Shown piece by piece: positions 18,758 through 28,243 of a stretch of 64,000 nucleotides of DNA; position 1 is the first letter of the stretch, and every line of letters starts with the position of its first letter. Under the pieces are notes generated by a model, which saw only the letters and a list, made by a program, of their open reading frames with translations, had not been told where the DNA came from and searched no databases. This DNA is from Actinomycetes bacterium (GTDB taxonomy: Bacteria > Actinomycetota > Actinomycetes > Nanopelagicales > Nanopelagicaceae): positions 119-64,118 of the forward strand of contig JASJJZ010000070.1 in assembly GCA_037622205.1 (NCBI GenBank), in the 5' to 3' direction. Both the position numbers and the translations under genes were made by a program.

Positions 18758-20095
18758 GTGGTGAGCGAGAAAATTGGAGCTAGCGCCGATGATTTATGGC
18801 GTGCGCCATTTCGAAGAGATAATCCGATCGCTGCTGCAATAACAATTCCAGGTTCAAAATCTGCAACCAATCGTGCACTTATTTTGGCCGCTCTTGCAAA
18901 AACACCTTCAACTCTCCGCAAGCCATTACATTCGCGCGATAGCGCGCTAATGATTGCTGGACTAAAGGCAATTGGTTGCGGCATAACCCAAGAGCCAAAT
19001 GGTGATTTGCAAATTACTCCCGGAAAATTCTTTGGTCCAGCGAACGTTGATGTCGGAAATGCTGGAACGGTAATGCGTTTCTTGCCACCTGTTGCAGCAC
19101 TAGCTAATGGTTTAGTTCACTTTGATGGCGATGCTAGATCACACGAACGACCAGTCGGACCTGTTATTAGCGCTCTTGAAGAGCTCGGCGTAACGATTGA
19201 ACATGGCGATAGATATTCACTCCCCCTGACTATTAATGGAAGTGGCGAAATAGCGGGCGGCGTTTTAGAGATTGATGCCTCTTCTTCTAGCCAATTTATC
19301 TCGGCCTTATTACTAATAGGAGCAGCTACCCGTTCTGGAATCACAATAAAAGATATTGGAATGTCATTGCCATCGTTGCCACATATTGAAATGACGGTAG
19401 AAATGCTAAAGATATTCGGCGCGCGTGTCGAGAGTAAAATTAATGAAGATGGGAGGCGTGAATGGCGAGTAGAACCAGGTGATTTAACTGGTCAAGATTT
19501 AGTGATTGAGCCAGATCTTTCAAACGCTGCACCATTTATGGCGGCGGCGATGATCTGTGGTGGCGAAGTTGTTATCTCAAATTGGCCAAAGCGCACGGCG
19601 CAACCAGGTGATCAACTTAGAAATATCTTCACCAAGATGGGCGCCAAAATAGAATTCGTTGGAAATGATTTGAAAATATCTGGCACTGGAAAAATTCATG
19701 GCATTGATATTGATCTTCACGATGTTGGAGAGTTAACACCTTCGATTGCTGCTGTTGCAGCGCTTGGCGATTCACCATCATCGCTACGTGGAATTGGACA
19801 CCTTCGCCTTCATGAAACTGATCGGCTAGCCGCACTTGCAGCGCAATTAAATGCTCTTGGCGGGGATGTTGATGAAGAAGAGAGTGCGCTACATATTTCT
19901 CCTGCGCCACTTCACGGCGGAATTTTTCAGACATATGATGACCATCGATTAGCTACAGCAGGTGCAATTATTGGGCTTGCAATCGATGGCATTGAAGTAG
20001 AGAACATAGCAACTACGCAGAAAACACTTCCGGATTTTCCAGGTGCCTGGCACCAGATGCTTGATTCTAAAAGCTTAAATTTAGGAGATAAGTAA
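18758..20095 (+). CDS. aroA: 3-phosphoshikimate 1-carboxyvinyltransferase (EPSP synthase)
   Basis: PGSKSATNRALILAAL, GNAGTVMRFL, HETDRL and DHRLATAGAIIGL motifs. Confidence 0.95.
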   Translation: MVSEKIGASADDLWRAPFRRDNPIAAAITIPGSKSATNRALILAALAKTPSTLRKPLHSRDSALMIAGLKAIGCGITQEPNGDLQITPGKFFGPANVDVGNAGTVMRFLPPVAALANGLVHFDGDARSHERPVGPVISALEELGVTIEHGDRYSLPLTINGSGEIAGGVLEIDASSSSQFISALLLIGAATRSGITIKDIGMSLPSLPHIEMTVEMLKIFGARVESKINEDGRREWRVEPGDLTGQDLVIEPDLSNAAPFMAAAMICGGEVVISNWPKRTAQPGDQLRNIFTKMGAKIEFVGNDLKISGTGKIHGIDIDLHDVGELTPSIAAVAALGDSPSSLRGIGHLRLHETDRLAALAAQLNALGGDVDEEESALHISPAPLHGGIFQTYDDHRLATAGAIIGLAIDGIEVENIATTQKTLPDFPGAWHQMLDSKSLNLGDK

Positions 20096-21111
20096 TGGTT
20101 GAACCACGTAACTTCAGTGAATTCGATGAAGATGACGTTCGTTCCAGACCAGCTAGAAGCACTAGACCCCGCACAAAAGATCGACCAGATTATTCAAAGG
20201 CAGCTACTGCTTTTGTAATCGCAGTTGATCGCGGTCGAGTGACTTGCTTACTTGATAGCGGCACTAGCGGCACTAGCGGCACTAGCGGCACTAGCAATAA
20301 CGTAATCACTGCAATGAAATCTCGTGAGATTGGTAAGACATCCGTAGTCGTTGGTGACACCGTTGGATTAGTTGGTGATATTTCAGGTGATGGTGGAACT
20401 TTGGCCCGAATTGTTACCGTTGCTGAACGCAAAAATGCGCTAACCCGTACGGTCGATGATGACGCTGAACTGGAGCGCATGATTGTTGCAAATGTGGATC
20501 AAATGGCAATAGTTATCGCGTCGGAAAATCCAGAGCCACGTCATGGATTTGTTGATCGTGCACTTGTCGTTGCTTATGACCAAGCTATAACGCCAATAAT
20601 CATTATGACTAAATGCGATTTATCTGATGGCAACGCATTCTTAGAAGCTTATAAAGATTTAAATATTAGAATCATAAAGACCCAAATTAGGAAACAAAAA
20701 GGTAGCGAACTCGATGAAATCCGGAGCGTTCTCGCTGGAAAGTGCACAGTTTTACTCGGTCATTCCGGAGTCGGAAAATCAACTTTAGTGAATGCTCTAG
20801 TTGAGAGCGCCGATCGCGCGACTGGTTCTGTAAACGATGCAACGGGACGGGGCCGCCACACATCTTCATCAGCAATAGCGCTTGCGCTAAATCCTGGCTG
20901 GATTATTGATACTCCGGGAGTTAGATCTTTCGGTGTCGCCCATGTAGATAGCAAACGCGTAATTTCTGCATTCAGTGAATTTAGCGAAGCAATTGAACAC
21001 TGTCCGAAGAATTGCTCGCATAATGAGGATAGTTGTGCACTGAATTCTTGGACTCTAGATGATGTAAGTAAATCAAGGTTAGAGAGCTTGCGTCGCCTAC
21101 TTAAGGCTTAG
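20095..21111 (+). CDS. rsgA: Ribosome small subunit-dependent GTPase A
   Basis: Circularly permuted GTPase (TKCDL .. GHSGVGKSTLVNAL) and C-terminal zinc motif CPKNCSHNEDSC. TAATG overlap with aroA. Confidence 0.9.
   Translation: MVEPRNFSEFDEDDVRSRPARSTRPRTKDRPDYSKAATAFVIAVDRGRVTCLLDSGTSGTSGTSGTSNNVITAMKSREIGKTSVVVGDTVGLVGDISGDGGTLARIVTVAERKNALTRTVDDDAELERMIVANVDQMAIVIASENPEPRHGFVDRALVVAYDQAITPIIIMTKCDLSDGNAFLEAYKDLNIRIIKTQIRKQKGSELDEIRSVLAGKCTVLLGHSGVGKSTLVNALVESADRATGSVNDATGRGRHTSSSAIALALNPGWIIDTPGVRSFGVAHVDSKRVISAFSEFSEAIEHCPKNCSHNEDSCALNSWTLDDVSKSRLESLRRLLKA
20257..20295 (+). repeat. Perfect 9-bp tandem repeat AGCGGCACT x4 (+AGC), in frame, encoding (SGT)4S inside rsgA
   Basis: Read directly. 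Confidence 0.95.
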
Positions 21112-21138
21112 CAAGAAGGTGTGGAGTAGGATTCCTGC

Positions 21139-21942
21139 ATGTCGCTGCGCGCCCATGATTTGAAATCTGATTTAGAACTCGCACTTCGCCTGGCAGATAT
21201 CGCTGACGAGATTTCATTAAAGCGTTACCAAGCACTTGATTTGATAATCGAAACCAAGCCTGATTTATCCCCAGTAACGGATGCAGATAAAGCAGTTGAA
21301 AACGCAATCAGAATTGAGATCTCAAAAATTCGAGAAGGTGATTTAGTTGTTGGCGAAGAGTTTGGCAGCCCGGATTCACTAGCTGGTAAGTATTACTGGG
21401 TAATAGATCCAATTGATGGAACTAAAAATTACTTACGTGGCGTACCTACTTGGGCGACTTTAATTGGCCTTATTGATCCTGCCGGTGAAGTAGTAGTTGG
21501 AGTTGTAAGCGCACCAGCACTTGCAAGACGTTGGTGGGCTGCGAAAGGGCTGGGCGGTAAGACGCAATTCAATTCTGGGGTGAATTCCGGAGAGATTTCG
21601 GCGCTTAAAGTCTCAAAAGTTTCAAAGTTAACCGACGCTTCTATTTCTTACTCGGATCTCATCGGTTGGGATAAGCGAAAAGAAAAATTTATCGCGCTGC
21701 AAGAGAAAGTTTGGCGAACTCGTGGCCACGGAGATTTCTGGTCACACATGTTGGTTGCAGAAGGTGCAGTGGATATTGCCGTCGAACCAGCGCTCTCACT
21801 CTGGGATATGGCAGCTCTAGATGTAATCATTCGCGAAGCTGGTGGAAGATTTACAAATATTGATGGTCTTGATGGCCCTCATGGCAAGAGTGCAATATCA
21901 AGCAATGGCCTACTTCATGAAAGCTTCGTAAATGAAATTTAA
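21139..21942 (+). CDS. hisN: Histidinol-phosphatase HisN (inositol monophosphatase family)
   Basis: DLELALRLADIADEISL..KPDLSPVTDADKAVE, VVGEEFG and WVIDPIDGTKNY motifs. Confidence 0.8.
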   Translation: MSLRAHDLKSDLELALRLADIADEISLKRYQALDLIIETKPDLSPVTDADKAVENAIRIEISKIREGDLVVGEEFGSPDSLAGKYYWVIDPIDGTKNYLRGVPTWATLIGLIDPAGEVVVGVVSAPALARRWWAAKGLGGKTQFNSGVNSGEISALKVSKVSKLTDASISYSDLIGWDKRKEKFIALQEKVWRTRGHGDFWSHMLVAEGAVDIAVEPALSLWDMAALDVIIREAGGRFTNIDGLDGPHGKSAISSNGLLHESFVNEI

Positions 21943-22603
21943 TGAGCTGGGTCCCTTAGAAATTGCCGGCCTAAATCTAACTGCCGTGCAAGTGCAACAG
22001 ATATTTTTTGTATTAGTAGGTTTTACGGTATTTCTTCTCTCCGTCCTCTTAATCAATTTTGGATTAACAATTCGAAATTCAAGAGCTGGTGAACAGCTTG
22101 TAAAAACCGAACCTCAATATGAAGAGATATTTGAAATTGAAAATGAGATTATTGAAACTAACCCATACAAGAGCGATCCTGATACCTACTTCGAGCAATC
22201 AGTTCTTCGAACAGTGGCGTTGACTTTAATTATTGGATTGCGAGATTATTTAACAAAAATGGCGGAGAACCCCACAGATCAACATAAGGCAATGGCTGCG
22301 ATTGCTAAATATCTAGAAGCGAAAGGTGTAACACCGATTGCCTTTACCCAATGGAACCAATCAGCGATTCAAGGAATAGCTGCTCGGATAATTTTGAATG
22401 GAAAATCTAGAACTGCGCTCTTTGGACCAAGTGTTGCGATGGCAAAGGCCACTGCTAAATTCCCGATTGAAATATCTAATCAAGTTGAAAGCGCACATGC
22501 TGCCGGCGAAAGTGTTTTTGTTCTAGCCATTGATGGTCTGGCCTACGGTGTTTTCTCCGTAAGCCATCGACTGGTATTGATTGGTAGCGGGGACAGGATT
22601 TGA
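21932..22603 (+). CDS. Hypothetical membrane-anchored protein; possible decayed relic of a P1B-type ATPase (TM plus nucleotide-binding-domain-like region)
   Basis: One N-terminal TM. The C-terminal two thirds (QHKAMAAIAKYLEAKGVTPIAFTQWNQSAIQGIAARI..NGKSRTALFG..AHAAGESVFVLAIDGLAYGVFSVS) resemble, by eye, the SEHPLA..G.Gv.a.v.g....vG......G.t.v.vavdg...G.i..D stretch of heavy-metal ATPases. The last 22 nt are read out of the tRNA-fMet gene on the other strand. Confidence 0.4.
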   Translation: MKFNELGPLEIAGLNLTAVQVQQIFFVLVGFTVFLLSVLLINFGLTIRNSRAGEQLVKTEPQYEEIFEIENEIIETNPYKSDPDTYFEQSVLRTVALTLIIGLRDYLTKMAENPTDQHKAMAAIAKYLEAKGVTPIAFTQWNQSAIQGIAARIILNGKSRTALFGPSVAMAKATAKFPIEISNQVESAHAAGESVFVLAIDGLAYGVFSVSHRLVLIGSGDRI

Positions 22604-22658
22604 ACCTATGACCTCTGGGTTATGAGCCCAGCGAGCTACCGAGCTGCTCCACCCCGCG
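22582..22658 (-). tRNA. Initiator tRNA-fMet (anticodon CAU), CCA encoded
   Basis: 77 nt: CGCGGGGTGGAGCAGCTCGGTAGCTCGCTGGGCTCATAACCCAGAGGTCATAGGTTCAAATCCTGTCCCCGCTACCA. C1:U72 mismatch and three G-C pairs closing the anticodon stem are initiator hallmarks. Confidence 0.95.
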
Positions 22659-22713
22659 TCGGTTCGGCAATCTTATGCCGAAAGGTTTAATTACCCAAAT
22701 TACTTTTAGGCAA

Positions 22714-25593
22714 TTACTTTTGTGCAGAAACTGCGGCAGCAATGGCAGCTTTCAAACGATCCTGTGCCTTGCCATATGCAGCGAAATCACCCTTCTGCAG
22801 TGCAGCTTGTGAATCTGCCAGCGCCGATTGCGCACTTGCGAGTGCAGCCACTAAGGCACTGCTTACTGTTGTAGTGCCATCGGAATTCGATTGTGATGTG
22901 TTATTTAAAACAGTTCCAGAATTTCCACCAAATACTTGATCGAGTGCACCCTTTAGTGTGTTATCAAATCCGATTACATCACCAAATGAGACCAGCACTT
23001 TTTGTAATAATGGGTAAGCAGAATTGTTAGCAGTCGCACGTACATAGACTGGTTGGACGTAAAGCAATCCGCCACCTACGGGAAGAGTCAGGAGATTACC
23101 AAGAACGACATCAGATCCACCTTGGCGCAATAACGAGAGCGCTTGAGCAACTTCTGGCTTTGCTTCAAAGTTAGATGCAACTTGTGAAGGACCAGAAATA
23201 TTGGTTGAACGTGGCAGTTGTAGTACCGAAATTTTTCCATAATCCGGGCCATTGTCAGAATTAACAACTGCAAACGCAGTTAGGTTCTGGCGATTTCCAC
23301 GTGGAACAAATGAAGTTGTAAGTGAAAATGCAGCTTTCTCTTCGCCAGGCAATTTAAGTGTCATGTAATAAGGTGGTTGAATCCCGGCATTTGCACCCAA
23401 TGAAGATGGGTCTGTTGGAACTCGCCAGAAATCTTGACCACCATAAAATGCATCAGCTGTTTTAACGTGGTACGTGCTTAAAACTTCGCGTTGGACTCCA
23501 AATAAATCTTCTGGATAGCGGATGTGTTCAAGCAATGACTTCGACATAGCGCTCTTTGGTGTCACAGTTCCGGGGAATGACTTGCTCCAGGTAGCAAGAA
23601 CTGGATCTTTAGTGTCCCACTGGTAGAGCTTGACGGTTCCATCGTAGGCATCAACTGTAGCCTTTACTGAATTTCGGATGTAGCTCACATTTCTATTTTC
23701 AAGTGAAGCAACCGCAAGTGAACTTGTTGAAACTGAGTTAGTTGTAGCTTCAGCCAAGTTCGTCTTCTTCGAATATGGATAACCGTTGCTAGTTGTATAG
23801 CCATCAACTATCCACAAAATACGGCCATCGACAACTGCAGGATAAATATTTCCGTCAAGTGTCAACCAGGGCGCAACCTTTGAAACTCGCACAGTTGGAT
23901 CGCGATCGAAAAGTATTTTGGAATTCGAGTTAATTAAGTTTGATAGCAAGATTCGTTGTTCTTGATATTTGATTGCAAAAAGTAGACGTGTAAACATAGA
24001 TCCCATTGGGACGCCACCGTCACCGGTATAGGTATAGTTTTTCTGACCATTTGCAGATTTATCATCTGGGTAATCAAGTTCAGCTGGGCTTCCGCCTTTA
24101 ACGCCACCAATAATTGAGTAATCTGGAACGTTCTCACCGAAATAAATCCGTGGCTGAAATTCTCCAAGGCCAGAGGTAGGTGGAATGTCACCAACACTAA
24201 ATTGTGGTTTTCCATCTGCATCAATTGTGTTTCCTAGTGCAGCAACGAATCCAAAGCCGTGGGTATATACCAAGTGATCGTTAATCCAATTTCGAGCAGG
24301 ATTACCTTCAACATTTAATTCGCGAACCGCAACTACTGAATCACGCTTTGCCCCATCGATTGTGTATCTATCAACATCGAGAGAATCAGCGAAGCTGTAA
24401 TAAGGCTTTATCTGTTGAAGTTGGCGAAATGTTGATGGGACAACACTTGGATCTAACAGTCGGATATTTGAAATAGTAGCTTCGTCATTTTTTAATTGAC
24501 CAGCAGATGTTGCAATCGTCGCCTGATAATCCGTTACCTTGACATCGCTTAAGCCATAGGCGGCACGAGTAGCTTCAATGTTACGCTGAATATATGGTGC
24601 TTCTTTTGAAGATTCACTTGGCTTGACTTGAAATTGTTGAATCGCAGCAGGATATACGCCAGCGATTAAAACTGAGGAAATAACTAGGAGACTTACGCCG
24701 GCTGCAGGCAGAACCCAAGAGCGGCGAATAATATTTGCGAAGAAGAGAAGTGCGCAGATTAATGAAATCCCAGCCAAAATCGCCTTAGCAGGCAGGAGCG
24801 CATTTACATCTGTGTAAGAAAGGCCGGTAATTAGCCTTCCCTCTTTTAGCGCAAGGGCGTAACGATCAAACCAATATGCAACGGCCTTAATCAAAACTAA
24901 AATTCCAAGCAATACTGAAAGTTGAACACGAGCTGCAACCGTAGTTTTATCTTCAGCGACTTGTAATCTAATTCCGCTGTAGAGGTAATGAACAGCAGCA
25001 CTCGCGATAATAGTTAGGACAAGGGTAGAAATTGCCCAAGCTATAAGTGCTTCATAAAACGGTAATTTAAATACGAAGAATGAAATATCTAGACCAAATT
25101 GAGTATCTGTTACTCCAAAGGGGGTTGAGTTCTTATATTGCAACCACTTTTCCCAGAGCGCAACTCCCGAAGTTCCGGAGAAATAGAAGAAACCAAGTGC
25201 GACGGCAAGCAATACCCAGCGACGGATTGGTTCTAGTTGGCCGCGGTATCTCTCTAAATTATCGGCTTCGATTGAAACCGGCGCATAAAGTGGTCGACTT
25301 CTATAAGCTAAATAAACGTTTGTTGTTATGAATATCGAAGTGATGAGTCCGAAGAAAACAAATAGTGAAGCTTTCGTTACAAGAACTGTGCTCCAGACAG
25401 ATTGAAAATCAACAGAGCGAAACCAGAGAAAATCGGCATAGAAGCCACTTAGGCCTACCAAAACTGAGCCCAGAATTACCAGAGCAATTGCGGTAAGGGC
25501 TAGCGGTCCTGGACGTTTTGGTCGCATTGGATTTTGGGGTCTAGGTGAACCAGAGAAGGGATTGCCGGGAAATTGAAATGAACTCATGTCCAT
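22714..25593 (-). CDS. UPF0182 family large membrane protein
   Basis: 959 aa. N-terminal block of about 7 TM, then a large extracytoplasmic domain and an Ala-rich C-terminal coil. Same neighbourhood as its mycobacterial counterpart (from memory). Confidence 0.85.
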   Translation of the reverse strand: MDMSSFQFPGNPFSGSPRPQNPMRPKRPGPLALTAIALVILGSVLVGLSGFYADFLWFRSVDFQSVWSTVLVTKASLFVFFGLITSIFITTNVYLAYRSRPLYAPVSIEADNLERYRGQLEPIRRWVLLAVALGFFYFSGTSGVALWEKWLQYKNSTPFGVTDTQFGLDISFFVFKLPFYEALIAWAISTLVLTIIASAAVHYLYSGIRLQVAEDKTTVAARVQLSVLLGILVLIKAVAYWFDRYALALKEGRLITGLSYTDVNALLPAKAILAGISLICALLFFANIIRRSWVLPAAGVSLLVISSVLIAGVYPAAIQQFQVKPSESSKEAPYIQRNIEATRAAYGLSDVKVTDYQATIATSAGQLKNDEATISNIRLLDPSVVPSTFRQLQQIKPYYSFADSLDVDRYTIDGAKRDSVVAVRELNVEGNPARNWINDHLVYTHGFGFVAALGNTIDADGKPQFSVGDIPPTSGLGEFQPRIYFGENVPDYSIIGGVKGGSPAELDYPDDKSANGQKNYTYTGDGGVPMGSMFTRLLFAIKYQEQRILLSNLINSNSKILFDRDPTVRVSKVAPWLTLDGNIYPAVVDGRILWIVDGYTTSNGYPYSKKTNLAEATTNSVSTSSLAVASLENRNVSYIRNSVKATVDAYDGTVKLYQWDTKDPVLATWSKSFPGTVTPKSAMSKSLLEHIRYPEDLFGVQREVLSTYHVKTADAFYGGQDFWRVPTDPSSLGANAGIQPPYYMTLKLPGEEKAAFSLTTSFVPRGNRQNLTAFAVVNSDNGPDYGKISVLQLPRSTNISGPSQVASNFEAKPEVAQALSLLRQGGSDVVLGNLLTLPVGGGLLYVQPVYVRATANNSAYPLLQKVLVSFGDVIGFDNTLKGALDQVFGGNSGTVLNNTSQSNSDGTTTVSSALVAALASAQSALADSQAALQKGDFAAYGKAQDRLKAAIAAAVSAQK

Positions 25594-25648
25594 ACTCTAC
25601 CTAGTGCGAAAAATGGGGCAAACCCATTTATTTAAAATGTTTCGAAAA

Positions 25649-26443
25649 TCAGGCGGGGCATTCCATATTTTGAGCAATTTTCGGGTCAATTAATCCGTGA
25701 AATGCTTCACTAAGGCTAGTTACGGCGATTATTTGTAAGCCATTCTCAGTAAACGTTATATTTCGACAATTGGCTCTAGGAATGACCGCAATAGTCGCAC
25801 CCGCATTTTGCGCCGCAATCAGTTTTTGATCGATTCCCCCAATACTTCCAACTCTGCCACTTTGATTTATGGTTCCAGTAACTGCAATATTTCTTCCAGA
25901 AATTAATTCCGGATTTGAAAGCCTGGAAATTATTGCGAGTGAAAATGCGAGACCTGCACTTGGCCCGCCAACTCTCTTCATCACAAACTTAATGTCAGAA
26001 ATTTTCCAATTTAGTGGCTTATCTGGCTGAAGATTTTTAAGAAAATTAGCAGCAGCAATTGCTGCAGTCTCTTCAGACTTAAGCATCTCTTTGGCACCTT
26101 GAGCATTAGCTGTTTTCGTTGTTTCGCCCTCTTTATAAACAACCTCACTTGGCAAGACAACAGAATCGCCACTTAACCACGCTTCTAAAACCATCACTCC
26201 CAGTGGCCGACTGTCTGGATTAGATACATAAACCGAGAGCGAATAAAGCTTTCCCGAGGGTGCGGAGCCTTGGCTTTTGGTTACGGCATCACTAATTTTG
26301 ATGCCCTTGCTCAAAAGGTCAGTAACCGGCCCTGGAGAAATAATTGCAAATGGCGCTGGGACTAAAAGTGCAAAGAGAAATACCAGAAGCAGAAAATAGA
26401 GTTTGGGTTTTGATAGATATTTAGGGATTGAGTGTCGTGTCAT
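25649..26443 (-). CDS. Membrane-anchored Lon-like (S16) serine protease domain protein; the PDZ domain seems absent
   Basis: N-terminal TM, VGGPSAGLAFSLAII catalytic Ser motif and GTINQSGRVGSIGGIDQK (Lys). At 264 aa it is shorter than PDZ-containing YlbL/Rv3194c-type proteins. Confidence 0.8.
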   Translation of the reverse strand: MTRHSIPKYLSKPKLYFLLLVFLFALLVPAPFAIISPGPVTDLLSKGIKISDAVTKSQGSAPSGKLYSLSVYVSNPDSRPLGVMVLEAWLSGDSVVLPSEVVYKEGETTKTANAQGAKEMLKSEETAAIAAANFLKNLQPDKPLNWKISDIKFVMKRVGGPSAGLAFSLAIISRLSNPELISGRNIAVTGTINQSGRVGSIGGIDQKLIAAQNAGATIAVIPRANCRNITFTENGLQIIAVTSLSEAFHGLIDPKIAQNMECPA

Positions 26444-26651
26444 CGCGAAAACTGTCTTGGAAACTTTGGAATTTAGTTACCGAACGATTCGTCTCGTTTG
26501 CATATTTATCTTTGAACTTGGCGACCCAGGTGACATAAATGATTGCGCCCAGGACTGCAAAGAACGGGACCAGCCACCAAATAAGGGCAGCAAATGCTGG
26601 GCTACTAGAAGCCGCGGCGGCATGAATCCCCTGCACTTTTCTTACCCCCAA
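26421..26651 (-). CDS. Small single-TM protein, hypothetical (start uncertain)
   Basis: ORF with a clear TM (FAALIWWLVPFFAVLGAIIYVTWV) and 23-nt overlap with the downstream protease gene. No recognised family. Confidence 0.35.
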   Translation of the reverse strand: MGVRKVQGIHAAAASSSPAFAALIWWLVPFFAVLGAIIYVTWVAKFKDKYANETNRSVTKFQSFQDSFRDDTTLNP

Positions 26652-26917
26652 ATTAGTAAATTCCGGATACCCAGATCATTTCTTGAATGAAGAGGTTACT
26701 TTAACAACTTAAGCCGACAATTTCGCCTTAAGGGCCTACAAGCCAGCTTGAAGTTATCAGGAAAAATTAAGAGAAATTGCACTAAATGGGGAAGAAACTT
26801 TAACTGGCTTTGGTTACCTTACATATACTTGTAAATCTACTAAATATCTTGGTGGAACAAGTAAAATCTTGGTGGAATATTAATTAATTGGATATTAATC
26901 TGGAAGGGGGCGAGGCA

Positions 26918-28243
26918 ATGAATAGTAACTTTGGTTTTGGGCCAGGAGACCCTGATGATCCAAATTCAAATGAAAATAACCTCCCGGATTTCAACGAGCT
27001 CTTTGCTCAACTTTCAAGCTTTGGATTAAATCCACAAACTCTCTTCGCTGCGGCAAATAGCGCAGGTTCGGTTGGTCCACTTATTTCACCAGATGTCCTG
27101 CGAGATGTCGCAAGAAAATTTATCTCTAGTCAAGGTGATCGTCCGATCGGTTCGCAAGATGTTGCCGATTCCCAAGTTGCATTAGATATTGCTAATACTT
27201 GGCTGGATGAAGCAACAAATTTCCCAGCGCTTTCCAGGTCAAATCTTCCGGCATGGAGTCGGCGCGATTGGTTGGATGCATCCGTTTCCAATTGGGCAAT
27301 GATGATTGAACCGCTAGCCGATGGAATGGCAAATGCCTTAACAACGGTTTTGAAGCAGACCCCGCTAACCGACATAGCTGGAATAGCCGGAATAGCCGGC
27401 GTAGATGGAATAGATGCAGAGCAAGGGCTTGCGGCGGTTGCCCCAATCATGCGGGCCTTTATGGGATCACTGATTGCTAACCAGCTTGGAACCTCAATCG
27501 GACAACTTGCGGTATCAATTACAGGCTCTAATGACGTTGCGATTCCACTTTTTGGAGCCAGCGAGGCCAGATTGATTCCAGAGAATATTTCTAATTGGGC
27601 AGCTGGTTTAGATATCCCAATCGATGAAGTCCGCATTTTTCTTGCGGTTCGCGAAGCAGCAGCATCACGATTATTCTCACATTCTCCGTGGTTATCAAAA
27701 TATATCCAAGATGCAATTACTGCATATGGCGCTGGGATAAAAATTGATATTGATTCGATTCAGGAGCAGGCAGAACGTGCGCTAGAAACTGGCGAATTAG
27801 ATATAAATAATCCAGAATCAATTTCAACAGCAATATCTGCTGGACTTTTTAAACCAGAACAGAGTCCGTCGCAGGATGCGGCCCTTGAAAAGTTAGAGAT
27901 GATCTTGGCGCTTATCGAAGGTTGGATTGATTATGTTTCAACAAAAGCTGTAGGAGATCGCCTTCCGTCATATCCCGCGCTTAGCGAAACCCTGCGTAGG
28001 GGTCGGGCAACAAAATCTCCAACTCAACAATTATTTGCAACACTTCTTGGGCTAGAAGTTTCACCAAGAAAAATGCGTGAATGTTCACTCTTCTGGTTTG
28101 AAGTTGAGAATGAAATTGGGTTAGCCGAACGCGATCAACGCTGGGAAGATCCTGCGCTTTTACCTAGATCGCAAGATCTTGCAGATGTGGTTAAATTTTT
28201 AACTAGCACCATCGTTCCCGATGACCTCTCGGGGCTACTTTAA
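26918..28243 (+). CDS. Zincin-like (DUF2342 / 'zinc-dependent metalloprotease' family) protein lacking the HExxH motif
   Basis: Overall layout and the ..EVRIFLAVREAAASRLFSHSPWL.. segment align by eye with the LALHE.TH..QF..PWL core of the family. GGAAGGGGG lies before ATG 26918. Confidence 0.7.
   Translation: MNSNFGFGPGDPDDPNSNENNLPDFNELFAQLSSFGLNPQTLFAAANSAGSVGPLISPDVLRDVARKFISSQGDRPIGSQDVADSQVALDIANTWLDEATNFPALSRSNLPAWSRRDWLDASVSNWAMMIEPLADGMANALTTVLKQTPLTDIAGIAGIAGVDGIDAEQGLAAVAPIMRAFMGSLIANQLGTSIGQLAVSITGSNDVAIPLFGASEARLIPENISNWAAGLDIPIDEVRIFLAVREAAASRLFSHSPWLSKYIQDAITAYGAGIKIDIDSIQEQAERALETGELDINNPESISTAISAGLFKPEQSPSQDAALEKLEMILALIEGWIDYVSTKAVGDRLPSYPALSETLRRGRATKSPTQQLFATLLGLEVSPRKMRECSLFWFEVENEIGLAERDQRWEDPALLPRSQDLADVVKFLTSTIVPDDLSGLL

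Noticed and set aside
18700-18984. 94-aa minus-strand ORF spanning the SRAP start and the aroA 5' end
   Set aside because: It overlaps two confidently identified genes and has no motif support.
22582-22658. tRNA-fMet as the attachment site of a genomic island
   Set aside because: No integrase, no phage or mobile genes, and no direct repeat of the tRNA 3' end were seen nearby. Only the single relic-like ORF abuts it.
27130-27636. 168-aa minus-strand ORF
   Set aside because: It is antisense to the zincin-like gene and its composition is Ala/Ser/Pro-rich, typical of an antisense frame.
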